A stretch of 64,000 nucleotides of DNA from Monocercomonoides exilis PA203 (Eukaryota; Protista; Preaxostyla). Below are positions 48,961 to 61,466 of this stretch, in pieces. Below the pieces are notes generated by a model. It ran no database searches. It had not been told where the DNA came from and was given only the letters and a program-made list of their open reading frames with translations. Within the stretch, counting starts at the first letter, position 1; every line of letters starts with the position of its first letter. Made by a program: the position numbers and the translations under genes. The stretch covers positions 496,001 to 560,000 of the forward strand of contig LSRY02000012.1 of the NCBI GenBank assembly GCA_001643675.2, in the 5' to 3' direction.

Positions 48961-51900
48961 CTTCTTCTTCTGCTTCTGCTTCTGCATCTCCATCTCCTTC
49001 TCCCATGCCTTCTTCCATGTCACCTTCTCCTTCTCCTGTCTCGTCTCAATCACCTTCTTCCTCTTCCTCCTCTTCTTCTGCCTCTTCTTCTTCTTCTTCT
49101 CTCTCAGCTTATCCTCCTTCTCCTGCTTCATCCACCTCTCCTCTCCAAGCAAATGGGCAGACATTTGCTCCTCAGATGGGCATAACAGCTGCTTCTTTAT
49201 CTTCTTCTTCCTCTTCCTCCTCCTCCTCTTCTTCTTCTTCTTCTTCTTCTTCTTCTCATGGCCATTCTCACTCACACACACATCAGCATTCATCAACCAG
49301 CTTCTTGTCCACTTTATCTCCACTTGCTTTGTCTCTCATCAAAACTAACTTTGGCTATCCCACACGTTCTTCTTCTCGCTCAAAGAGTTCTTCTTCTTCT
49401 TCTTCTTCTGTTCAAGGCGCATTATCATCAGCAGCAGGAAGTGTAAGCTCTCCTTCTTTGCATCCATCTCATTCACAATCATCATCATCTTCTTCTTCTT
49501 CTTCTTCTTCTTCTTCTTCTCAGTCTTCTCTTCCAAACATCTCTTTATCACTTGCTGCTCAGCCATACACACCTTCTGCAATCGCATTCCAGCAATCACT
49601 TTCTTCATCATCTAATTCTTCTTCTTCCTCCTCCTCCTCTTCTTCTTCTTCTTCTTCTTCTTCTTCTTCTTCTCTTTCGCATTCAGACAATCATTTCGTC
49701 ACTCCACCTCTTCCTCTATCTGCTTCAGACATTTCATCATCATCATCTACTTCTTCTTCTTCTTCCTCCTCTTTTTCTTCTGCCTCAAAGCAATCATCAT
49801 CATCATCATCACAGATTCCCTTGCGCACTTCATCTGCTTCTGATATCTCTTCAAACAAAACAGAGCAACAATTGTCATCTTCTTCTGCTTCTGCTTCTTC
49901 TGCTCTGTCTCATCAGCAGCATCTCTCTCTAACCTCAGCTGCTCCTTCTGAACTTGCACAATCTTCAGCTTCCATCCAGCCACTCACTTCCACCGCTGCT
50001 CCTGCTTTTGTTCCTTCTTCGCTCTCTTCTGCTTCTTCTTCTGCTGGTCAAAATGCTTCTATTGCCTCCTCTTCCTGTGCTCCTTCCTCTTCGTCATCGT
50101 CTTCATCTGGCCGCATATCTTCCAATTCCATGGCACCTCCATCCAACCTACCTGCTTCCATTCCTTCCACTTCCTCTTCTTCCTCTTCCTCTTCTTCCTC
50201 TACTCCTCCCTCTCAACCTTCCACCACCGCCACCACCACCACCTCCTCCTCCTCCATCCGCGATCCACTCACAATGGCGCAGCTGCTGAATGTACCTGGC
50301 TTCGTCTCCTTCATCGAGCACCACTGGGCACGCATGGCAGAGTCCCTCGCACACGACATCGATTTAATGACAGTCCGTGTCGTCTTCTCTGCAATGAACG
50401 AGGTCGTTCTGAAGGACTTTGCATTCCTTCCATATGTGGCAGCCACTCCTAATCAGTCTCCCTCGCTCCATTCCCTCCCTTCTCCTGCTCCTTCCTCTGC
50501 CCCCATCTCCACCGACCAGCCACTCGTCGACAACGCCTCTCTGTTTGCCCACGCTGTCGCTGCTGAGTTTGCCCAGGCGACGTGTCATCCTTATCTCCTC
50601 AGCCAGGGCACCCAGCTGATCACTGCGCTTTTGTCTGAGCCCGAGGCCTGTGTGAAGAACATCATCCAGTTTGAGGCTGAGAAGAGGAAAGTTAGGTTGA
50701 GAAAGGAGAGAGGGGAAGCTGCTGTTGCTAACTGGGATGCGGTTGCTGCTGTGTCATCGTTGATCCCTTTCCAACAGACAGTCGATGCTATCAACCAGAA
50801 CAGAGAGGCATTGGTGAGCACATTCCTCGGCCAATACACTGCATTCTTTGAGAAGCACATTGTCGATGCGACGCTGAAGGACATCACACGCACATTACCT
50901 CAGAAATTGGAGTATGCGCTTTCAATGAGAAAAGCAATGAAATACAGCTACACTTCAGCCTCTGCTGCACTTCAAAGCGCAGAAAACGCTGCTTCTCAGC
51001 CTCCTCCACACCCTTACAACCCAACATTGTTCGTAGTTGACCCCTTCATCACCAGTTTGGCATGGCTTCCGTTTATTCCCTCACAGTTCCGACCAGATTT
51101 CACAGTGCCCCGCACAAAGCAGCTGTTGTTGTATGTGTACCATTCATATGCTCAGCAGCATCTGGCGCTGTCTGCTCGGTTGACTGTTGAAGTGGACAGA
51201 GTTATCGCGTCAGGCACGCCGATGGGGCTGCGTATACAGAACATGATCCAGCAGATGCAGACATTCAAAGAGAAAGAAGCCAAGAAGCTGAGAGACGCGA
51301 AAGAAGAAAGCTCATCCAGCGCCTCTGCAGCGTCGTCTGCAGACAATCGCTCCTCTTCTGAGGAGAAGAAAGAGCAAGGCCTCACACCACCCGTGTCTCC
51401 TGTGCAGTTCACAGCACCCACATCGTCCACTCCTCCAGCAGCTGCTGTGCAAGTGCCCACGCCTTCTGCATCTCCTCCAACACCTCAGCAGTCGTCCCCT
51501 TCAGTCACACTGTTCCTCTCTGCTTTCCCACCAGCAGCTGATCCAATCAGCCCGATGGCATTTCGTGCAATGCCTTCTTCCCTTCGCACTGAGTTTAAGA
51601 ACTACGTGTTCAATCTGTTCAACACAGTTGTGAGCAAATGTGTGGTCAGGCTGCAGGAGCTGGATGTGATCACAGAGCAGATGCTGTGGTTGGCCATTGA
51701 TACACAGCTGTTCAAGAAGGAGCTGTCTATTTTGGTGCAGATGCGGAGAGAGCGGGAGGAGAGATGGCGTTTGAACCAGGAAAGAAACAGGCTCCTTTCA
51801 GAACTTGCAACTCTTTCACAGAAAGTGGCATCAGAAGCGCAACCAAGTGCACAGCTGGCAAATGAAGTGCGGAATATTTCAGAGCAGATTGAGCGGATCA

Positions 51901-54900
51901 AGATGGCGATTCAGCAGCTTCCAGACACACACCTTCCGTCTTACAGCACTTTGACTGACCCAGTTCTCATAGCTCTGCTTGAGCAGCCATTTATTTCTCC
52001 ATCAGTTGGCAGCATTCTGGACAGATGTCTGTTTGACCATCTGCTTTCGCTCCACAGCGAGTTAAGTGCATCGTCCATTCTCTCGACAGAACAGCGGAAC
52101 ATTCAACAGAAGCAGACGATGGCAAAGATCGCACCAGCAATCGACGAGGCATCACGCAAATGCTTCGATTTAGCCACAAAAGTGGCATCATACCAAGCAC
52201 CTCAGGCAGCTTCTACTAACAATTCGTCAGCTGCACCACATCCAACATCATCTTCTTCGTTTTCTCCAGGAGCATTCAATGAAGCTGTTAGTATTGTAAT
52301 CTACATGCGCAACATGGCTGTCTCCACACTTGTTCTGCGGATCGCTCGTGAGATGCTGACTGGCCTTCCTCCATTTGTTGTTGTTATGCCCTCAAAGCAG
52401 CTCCCCAGTGACTGTGTGCACATAAAAAGTGCCAATAATTCTCCTGTCCCTCAGTCTGCAGAGTTGCGAGACAAGAAGACAACCACATCTTCGACTCGTT
52501 TGGACACAGAGAATGTCATTGCCATCACTCGCTCAAGACCAAAACTTCCGCCTGTTGACGAGGCACAGCTGGCTGCACAAGGCATCGACGTAGCACAACT
52601 TCTGTCCCGTTCTGCACAACATCTTCCATCCCTTCCCTCACTGGAATGTGTCATCAGTTCAGTTAGAGACACACACATTGACTGTCGAAGACAATTACTG
52701 GAGCAACTTCACGCACTTGCTCCACAGGCTGTATTGCAGGCGGTCTTTCATGCAGCAGAGTGTGAGGGATGTGGTGTGTCTTCAGCTGCATCTGCTGTTA
52801 AACAGACTGTTTCATCACATTCATCGCAATCACCTTATTCCTCCATTCCATCTCCAGCAAGAATCGCTCCAAAAGTGCTGATATCGAAGATTCCATTCAA
52901 AATAGCAGAACCAGCACCATCTCAGACGAATGAACAAGGAATGGATGCTCAATCACAGCTGAAGACTTACGAATATCACAAGAAACTGACACAGCACCAG
53001 AGGCATCTTTGGATGTGGTATAGACAGACGCACCAAGAACAAGCACTTATTCATCTGTTTGCCCGATGCTTGCTGTCTCCCTCTGAGTATTTTGCAACGC
53101 TCTCCAATCAACTTCGGCACATTTGGAATGATGCATTTGCTGTGACCAGCTCTCCAGCTGAGTCACCTGCTTCAGCCTCAGCGCCTCATACAACCCAATC
53201 AGCAAGACTGGCACATTCAACCACAGTTGTTACAAGGAACATTCCGTATTTGCTGAATGCTTTGGAGTTTGTGTACTTCTTCCTGGTGCACTTCAGCAAG
53301 ACTACCGACAAGCAATCCATTGCACAGGGCGATCCATCTGCTCTTGGTGTTCAACAGTCTCATCCATATCTCAAAGCATCGCATTCACTTGTGGATGTTG
53401 TGATTGCCATTCTTCATTCTTGGAGATCAATTCTGGTCACACCAGCGATTTCGGCTGTGCTGCGCTCGACTCGTGGTGCTTTGATTCCACGCAGCAGGCC
53501 AAATGGCAATGCAGACTCGACAGACACAAACGAAAGCGAATCTGACGAGGAAAGCGAAGAAGCACAGTCTTCTCGCCAAGGTCCGTCTGCGTTTGATTTG
53601 CTCAATGAAATCCTGGGTGCCATTCATGCTGTTGTGATACGTGTGATTGCGCTGCTGCAGGAAGACAGGCTGATTGGCGAAGGACAAGCACGTTTGCTCT
53701 TGCAGCAGATTCAGATGCCTACTGAAGAGGATATACGAGCAGCAGAGCTGGCAGCATACACTTCTCGAATGAATGCACTGAACCAAGCAGCAAACGAGAA
53801 ATCAGCACAAAATGCTGATTCTTTGTCGCAAGAAAACAAAATAGCACAAAAGATGGGAGAACAAGCGAATGAAGGAAAGGAAAATTCACTCAATCAAAGG
53901 CAGGAGTCACACAAAAGTGGAGAAATCAATGAAAATCGCCAAGATGCTTCTTCAAGAGGAGGAGATGAAAAAACAGCTGATGGTGATGATACAGATTCAA
54001 AAACAAGAAAGCAGCATGGCAGGCAACACAACTCATTGTCAAATGATACGGAAAGCATATCGACTGTAGATAATGATAATTACGAGAACGCAAAACATGA
54101 CAACAAAGAAGGAGAATCGAGTGAAGAAGAAAGCGGATCAGAAGAAGAAGAGTCAGATGAATCCGACGAGCTGCTTTCCCAGTCGCGTCTGATGCATCTT
54201 TATGATCTCAACTTCCCTTCATACATTGAAAGAGCACAAATGATGCGCCTGCGATCATCATCTCCTGGCTCACCCACAAGCGAAGAGACATCGTCGTTTC
54301 TTGAGGACAAAGAGCACGATTCAAGTTACAGCAACGAAGGCAGCAGCAGCGATGAGGAGACAGGCAGCAGTTTCTATGAAGAAAACTACGAATCGTCGAA
54401 ATTGCACAATTCTCACTTGGGAAGAAGCCCTCACCGCCGCTTCTCGGAATCTCCGCTTCGTCTGGCCAGCAATGATACCATTCCTGCAGAACGTTCGTCT
54501 CTTTCATCTTCAAGCCAAAGGCACAGATTACACAGCATCAAATTGAAGCAGGCGCTTTCACCAGAAGAAGCAACGCTGCTTATTTCATTGTATGCTGACT
54601 GGGTATCAGCCATCTCTGTTCGCTCGCCACACACAACGCTTCCTTCCAGCACTTCAACAGCAGATGAATCACAAAAGCACAGCTTCAGTTCGATAATACC
54701 AATTGTACTGAATCCAACAACAAAGGATATTTCATTTTTCTCTCTGCTTCAGGCCAATCATTTCCTTCCCGAGTTTTCAGTAAATGGAATTATTGAGCCA
54801 AAATGCTCTTTCCAGATCATTTTCAGAGTGCTTTATTCACTTTGTGTACATCGGTGCTTGGAATCTCTACATAACACTTCGAATGAGAAAGCTCACACAA

Positions 54901-56312
54901 AATCAGAGAAGTCAAATGGTGCAGAAAATCCAAGCTCAAAGAAAGAAGCACCACAAAAGGGAGAAAGCGAATTTTCATTGGAAAGCTCAAAATTGGATGA
55001 TACAATGGATGCCTTGAATAACTACGCTTACATCGATTCATTCGTTCGCTTTGTGCTGCTGTTTGCATCATACACAATATACAAAGACCACACTCACTCA
55101 AGCATTGTCGAAGCTCGCCGTGCGAACTCAATAGATGATGCTGCCTTGAAAGCTTCTGGTTTATCCTTCAGGCCGCCTCGCTCTCCAACTCCTCGCGAGG
55201 GAAGTTCGTCTGTTTCTCCGTCTTCTCCTTGTCTCTTAACAGCAGATGAGAAGCAGGCAAATCGCAGAGCATCATTATCCAGTCTGTCGCCTTCACTTAC
55301 TTCGATCAGTGATGAAGAGGTTGCTGACATTGACGCCCTTGAGGATATACAAGATCCCTCGCTTTTGGCTTCTTCAGCCCAAAGTCAAGCATCAAAGGCC
55401 AGCTGCATCTCATCATCAAACTTCCCTTCGTTTACTTCCAGAATTGCTTCTCCTTTCTTCTTTTCAGTTGTATCAGCTTCTCTATCTGTTGTATGTGATG
55501 CTATCCACTCTGCTCACAACACCTCTGCAGACACTTTTGACCAACGGCCTTTCTTCCGCACTTTGTCTGTTCTTTTCTCTGTTCTGCTGCAACTGCTTCC
55601 TCCGTCTTTTGCATTTTCTCCGTCTTCTCCTGTTTTATTAGCTGAAGATGACACTGAAGCATCTCACACTCATGAAAAGCCAAAGCAAAAACTTGTCCGC
55701 ACAATCCCAACAGCTCCTTTGACTGTTCCTCAGATGGAGGCTTTCAAGCAAGCAGAGTCCGTTCTCACAGCTTATCTGTCGTTATTCACAACCACACTGC
55801 ACTATGTATCTCCTGTGTCAATCCCTGCTTTTGTCTTCTCATTCATCACACTCCTTTTCAATTCCCAGTTTATTGACAGACTTGCACATCCATCGCTTAG
55901 CTTCAAGAAAAGAATTGTTACACTTTCATCAGATATTCCAAATGAAGCAGCAGCTAATGATGAAAGTGCTGTTGAAGCAAAGGATAACACAAACAAAAAT
56001 GATGATAGTTCAAACAATCACAAAATGACTCTTTTCTTCCCTTCTTTATCGCGCAATAATCAAAATTGGGAATCTATTGAAGTTTTGCTTCACTCTTTAT
56101 TCACATTCATTTCACAGCTGGAGCAGTCAGAAGAATCTGGCAAAGCGAGCCTTCCTCTGACAACATTCATTGCCTCTGTTGTATCTTCACTTCGCGAACT
56201 TAAATCAAACCATCCTCTTTGCTTTGCTGCTATTGCTCCATATCTTGTTGACTCAGTCCCTCAAAACAATTCTGAGCTTGCTGCAATATTCGCTGAATAC
56301 TTAAATCAGTAA
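40451..56312 (+). CDS. NOT1: CCR4-NOT scaffold NOT1/CNOT1-like protein, about 5230 aa, 2 exons
   Basis: Exons 40451-40549 and 40719-56312. NOT1-type segments occur in the expected order: VEETVNRHFQQYF...QELHFLPQFP (TTP-binding region), ERKHLRALGQFIG..TIA.NKPIL...LDLK.VL...PFVCRIL...PW...QFE...LCK (CAF1-binding MIF4G), VLKDFA, FDQRPFFR and SP..IPAF.FSFI.L (Not1 C-terminal domain). Confidence 0.88.
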
Positions 56313-56723
56313 ATTCTTATTGTTGCATGAATTTTTGACCCGTTAGATATTGTTTAATCATCTTTTTCAAAAAATAAAAATAAAAATTATTATATTTTTT
56401 TTTCATTATTTTTGTGTTTTCCCCTGAGTGTAGATTATCTATGCAGGGAATCACGCAACACTTCACATTTATCAAACAAGGATTGAAACAAAAAGAAATA
56501 AAACAGAGTGTGTAACCCCAAAAATGACAAAAGAAAAATGACGGGTTAAGAAAAAACTCAAATAAAAAGCAACAAAACTTCAAAAATTATAACATTTCTT
56601 TTACAGATAATGTTCAACAAATTTCTTTTAAAAATTGAAAGAAAGAAAAGAGAAACCGGATTATTTCATTTGTTTTCTCAAAAGCAGATATTTTTATGTG
56701 ATTCAATTCGAATCTGCTTCTCT

Positions 56724-59700
56724 TCATGAAGTAGAATGCTCAGAAGGAAGAGCCAACGGAATTGGAGGGGTCGTTGGTGGAGTCTGTTGGTTCATCGAAG
56801 AAGACAGAGAAGAATTCGGAGTAAAGGTAGAGGAAGAAGAGGAAGAGGAGGAAGAAGAAGAAGAAGAAGAAGAAGAAAGAGGAGTAGAAGAGTTGGATAC
56901 TGCAGTCATCTGATATGAAGTGGACAAAGAGGAATTTGAAGAAAGCGTTGAATGAAGAGAATAAGGATGTGGCTGGAAGATCAGTGACTCCGAAGACGAC
57001 GAATGCGACGGCACAGTGAACAGCGAAGGCGACTGTGATGCAGATGCAGAAGGTGTGTCTGGCTTTGTAGAAGAGAGCGAATCCAAAATGGAGGAATACG
57101 ACTGGGGCAGCGCAGACTGGTGTGAGAGGCTGACCTGAGGAGAAGGGAAAAGAGAGGGTAATTGCTGATACGTAGAAGAAGTGCTCGACTTCTTCAGCGA
57201 GGCAGAATTAACACCCGCACAGGAGTCAAAGAGGGAAGCAGAGGATGATGCTGAAGAAGACAGAGTTGAGCTGGTTGATGCAGTTGCAGTACCAAACGGG
57301 AAGCAGTCAGGAAACTCTCTCTCAACAACACTCAGAACAGAAGTGGCAATGCGGAGGTCCTCCATTCGCGTTGCTTGGTTGTCCATCTTCAGCTTGACTG
57401 GGTCGGGGGTCTGATAAAAAGGTGTTGTATCGTCTTGCACAGAGTCAACAAGAGAGGCAAAGCTAAGTGCTGCAGACACTGCTCGCTGATATGTCTTCCT
57501 CTGCTGTGTTAAGTGTGTGGTGCATTCATCTAACATCTCTCCATTCATCATTTGGCTTCTAATTCCTGTACTTAAATTATGTGACAATTCATTTTGTATC
57601 TGTTTCTGTTTCCTCTTCAAATGCTTCCATCGATTTTCAGTTGCTGATTCATCGATATCGAGTACAAAAAGATCGTCCGAGCTCGCATCTTCATCGTCTT
57701 CATCTTCATCTTCGTCATCATCAGCAACATCCTCTTCTTCTTCTTCTTCAGCATCAACTTCATTATTTTTCATTCTATTTTCATCTGCTGAATTGTCAAG
57801 AAGATTATGGTCTTGCATGTCATAAAATCTTTGTATTCTTTCTTGAATGTACTTTTCATAATACGAAAGTGGTTCTCTAAAACTTGCTTCTCCGAGCATA
57901 AGCTTCATCATCTGTGTGTAATTGATGCTTTTTATGTCTTTCTTCGCAGAGTCGTAATCTTCATTCAGTACTAGTTCCTTGAAAGCGCCTTCTCTTGTGC
58001 CCGACTGGAGTGGAATGGCAACAGACGAGGCAGATGCTGTCGCATTCATCAGCACCTGCACTGGCTGCAGTGGAGATGACGCAGTTGGAGAAGACGAAAC
58101 AGCAGGCGGACGATGCTCTGCAGCAGAAGTCAGACTCTTCTGCAGTTGGGGTGTGGGTGTGGAAGATGGAAGAGACGGAGACAAGAGTGGGAGTGGTGCA
58201 AGTGAAGCAGACAAAGGCTCAATCTGAAGATTGTTGACTGAAGATGAGGTTGTAGCAATCGATTGAGTTGAGGCACATGCGGTCGCTAAAGACAGAGGGA
58301 CAGAAGGAGCAATCCCAGAAGAAGCTTTCCATTCAGGCTGAGAGTCGTCTTTAAAGAGCTGGCTATCAGAATTTGAGTTATTTGATCTCAATGAAGATGT
58401 GCAGCTTAGAAGAGTCGGAGTGGTTGAAGGATAAGGAGAATGCTGAGCATTATCAATCCCAGATGCAGATGCAGATGCAGATGTCGAAGACGAGGGAAGA
58501 GAAGGAGAAGAAGAAGAAGATGATGATGATGATGAATAAGGAGGAGGTGACGTGGTAGTATTTAATTGAGCTGATGAAGTGGATGAATTGATTGTCGGTT
58601 TTAATGGAGGAAAAGAGGAAGCAGGCAAAGTTGAATGAAGCTCCGAAGGAGAACTCGAATTTGGAACCAACGAAACAGCTGGCGACTGAGAATACGACTG
58701 CCCTGATGCTGGAGTGGGCAATGGAGTAGGTGAGAGTGAAGGAGGAAGAGAAGGTGTCGAGCTCTTTGAAGGGGTACGCTCTGGATCTGAGGAGCTGGAA
58801 AGAGCGCCGAATGGCGGAGAAAGAGTTGTAACTGAAAGCACAGAACTTGTCTGCGGAGAAATTGCAGAAAGCTGCGCAGATGGAGATAGCACATTTGCGT
58901 TGCCTGTGCTTGGTGTTGCGTTTGAGGGGAAATACGAAAAGGAGTTTGTCCGAGGAACTCCCAATGATTCAGGGTTTCCTGAATCCAGCAAGTTCATTTG
59001 AGATTGATACATCAACTGATCAGGGGATTGAGACGTTTGCGGTGCTGTTCGAGAATGGAGCATTGCTTTCTTTTTGTCGGCTTCTTTTTGCTGCGATGCT
59101 CTCTTTTGTCTTGTTTTCTCCTCTTCCTCCAAAGATTTCATTAATTCAGTAGCTGCTTTATTTAGGTCAAAAGTCATGTCCTCATCTGAGTCAGTAATGT
59201 ATGATGATGGTGTTAGTAAAGATTTATTTGATATTGAAAGATTGCTATGTTCTGTAAAACTGTTTCCAAGAAGATTTGAATTGTCATCTTCTGAAATTGT
59301 ATCAAGGTTAGAAGCCACCGAATTTCTTATTCTTCTATCTGTTGAATAAGTCTCTGGAAGTGTTTGACATTTATAAATCGACACTCCGCCTGTTTGTTTC
59401 ATTTGAATTTGAACAACGAGAAGTGCATTTGTCTTTGAATTATCAAGAGCATATGGCCGAGGTATTTGTAGAGAAACAATTGGAAAATATGCTAAATTAA
59501 TGGACACAATTCCAATTCTTTCAAAGTTACTTTTGGCTTTCTGCCTACGAACAGAAAGACGAAGAATTGAATCTGACAATACTCCATTTTTCTTTATGTC
59601 AATTTTAACATCAAAAGAAAATTTCTCATTCCAAGACACCTTTTAAGGATAAAAATAAATACCGTAATCAGATAAAAAATATTAAATGAAATACATACTC

Positions 59701-59851
59701 CTTCTCGTTGGACCGGAAGAGTTTGAGTAAAAAACTCATCTTTTATTGGAGGCTTAATTTTAACGAATAAATTTGATCCTGTTAAAGGATATTTTTGAAG
59801 TTCCTTTATTGTTAGCACAACATTAAATGAAACGGATTGACTTCTAAACAT
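56724..59851 (-). CDS. NT-C2 (EEIG1/EHBP1-type N-terminal C2) domain protein with long Ser/Pro-rich tail, about 1022 aa
   Basis: Exons 59851-59699 and 59639-56724. The N-terminus FNVVLTIKELQ..P....LFVK...VSWNEKFSF...LRLSVRR...RIG.V.INLA.F...YAL.NSKTNA.L.V.I.M matches the NT-C2 pattern. Confidence 0.8.
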
Positions 59852-60274
59852 AAAATAGACTCCTCAAAAATATCAATCATTAACCCTTTACAAAATCAAC
59901 AAAAAAATAATAAAAAAAAGGAAAATTTTTTTGTGACATACATAAAAATAGAAAAAATGTATTTGCAATTCGAACAATAAAAGTGTGACTTTTCATTAAC
60001 ATAATGGTCGATTGGCAAAAATTGGATTCAAATTACAAAAAATGATTTTTTGAAAAAAAAAATGATTTTGAAGAAAGAAAAGAAAAAACAAAAAAAAGTT
60101 ATTTTGTCTTTCCTACTGTTTTGCAATTTTTTTTCCATATATGTGATTTCTCAATCACAATAACTATAATGTTAACGAATTAATTACTATTTGAACGAGA
60201 ACAAAATTTTTGAAATAAAAATTGTCCCTAACCATTTTTAATTCAATTATGGTCAACTAATAATTCAAAGTTGT

Positions 60275-60856
60275 TGAACTTCTTGTTCAAGATTAATCAC
60301 TTTGAGTATTTTTCAATTATTAAAATTATGCATCAAATTGTTCATTAGTTGAGTGTAATAAAGTTCAATAGATTTAGCAAAAAATTAAAGACTTCTCTAT
60401 AAACGCCGGACAAGATCGATTTCACGATAACTACATGAGGAATAATTCTGACATTTTTCCTCAAAATGTTTCTCATTAATACAAACTCATTTTATATGCA
60501 AAACTTTCAAAACAGCTTCATTTGTGCTCAGGAGAAATTAATATCGAAATCTCGGAAAAACTCTAAATCCTATTTCTCTATATGCAAAAATTATTTTTTC
60601 TGAGCACAAATTAGGATGTTTTGTGAGTCTCGTATATCAACTGAGTTCGTATCGTTAAGATACATTCAAAGGAAAGTCGTCAGTATTATTCCTCTTGCAG
60701 TTATTGAGAAATCGATCTTGTCCGGCGTTTATAGAGTAGTCATTTATTTTAGGCTAAATCTATTGCACTTTATTACACTCAACTAATGAACAATTTGATG
60801 CTTAATTTTAATAATTGAAAAATACTCAAAGTGAATAATCTTGAACAAGAAGTTCA
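60275..60856. repeat. About 580-bp foldback (long inverted repeat), possibly a non-autonomous DNA element
   Basis: 60275-60452 is the gap-free reverse complement of about 60679-60856, with 13 mismatches by hand count. Weaker complementarity continues inward to a ~50-nt loop near 60540-60587. Confidence 0.93.
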
Positions 60857-61466
60857 CCAAATAAGAATATATAGTTTAGCAAATATGAATATGAAATTGG
60901 ATAGTTTTCTTTTTTTTTCTTTTTTTTCTTTTCTTTTTTTTTTTTAATAGTTAATCAACATCCCTGATTTGAACTGGATGTTAACCCGTTTTGATTAATT
61001 ATAGAAGACTTTGATGATTAGAGTTTATTTTTTCCTCATTTTTACATTTTGAATTTTTATTTTTATCTGATAAAAATTCGGAAACAGAATTAAAAGAAAG
61101 TTAAATGACTAATATTTAGCAATAAACAATGTTACAAATTATATCTGTTGAATTTAAACTACAAAATCAACAAATGTAACTTTCTAAATTATCAAAAAAA
61201 TTCAAAATTAGATGTGTTATTAAATTACTTCAAAATGTTTGATAGAATTAACAGAAAGTAACACAAAATACATATCCATAAATTCATCATCAATTTCTAA
61301 TAATAAATAACATTGCATAAAATTAAAATATACACATTTAGAACATAGCAATATATATCAGCACGTTAACTTATAAATACATAAAACAAACATAAACATT
61401 TGTAACATTCAAATGAAGACGAATAGTGATTTTGTTAAAATAAAATTCTAAAATATGGAAAAAATG

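Noticed and set aside
21145-56312. Functional gene cluster (Sds3-like, DDB1, RPS18, NOT1 as a gene-expression module)
   Set aside because: Mixed strands and unrelated neighbours such as PanK and AAGAB. This is ordinary compact gene order.
28473-58560. Numerous 60-400 aa antisense and alternate-frame ORFs (e.g. 35528-36742 +, 37041-37946 +, 32230-33069 -)
   Set aside because: They are shadows of long real genes. TCN/GAA-type repeats lack stops in other frames, and the products have no motifs.
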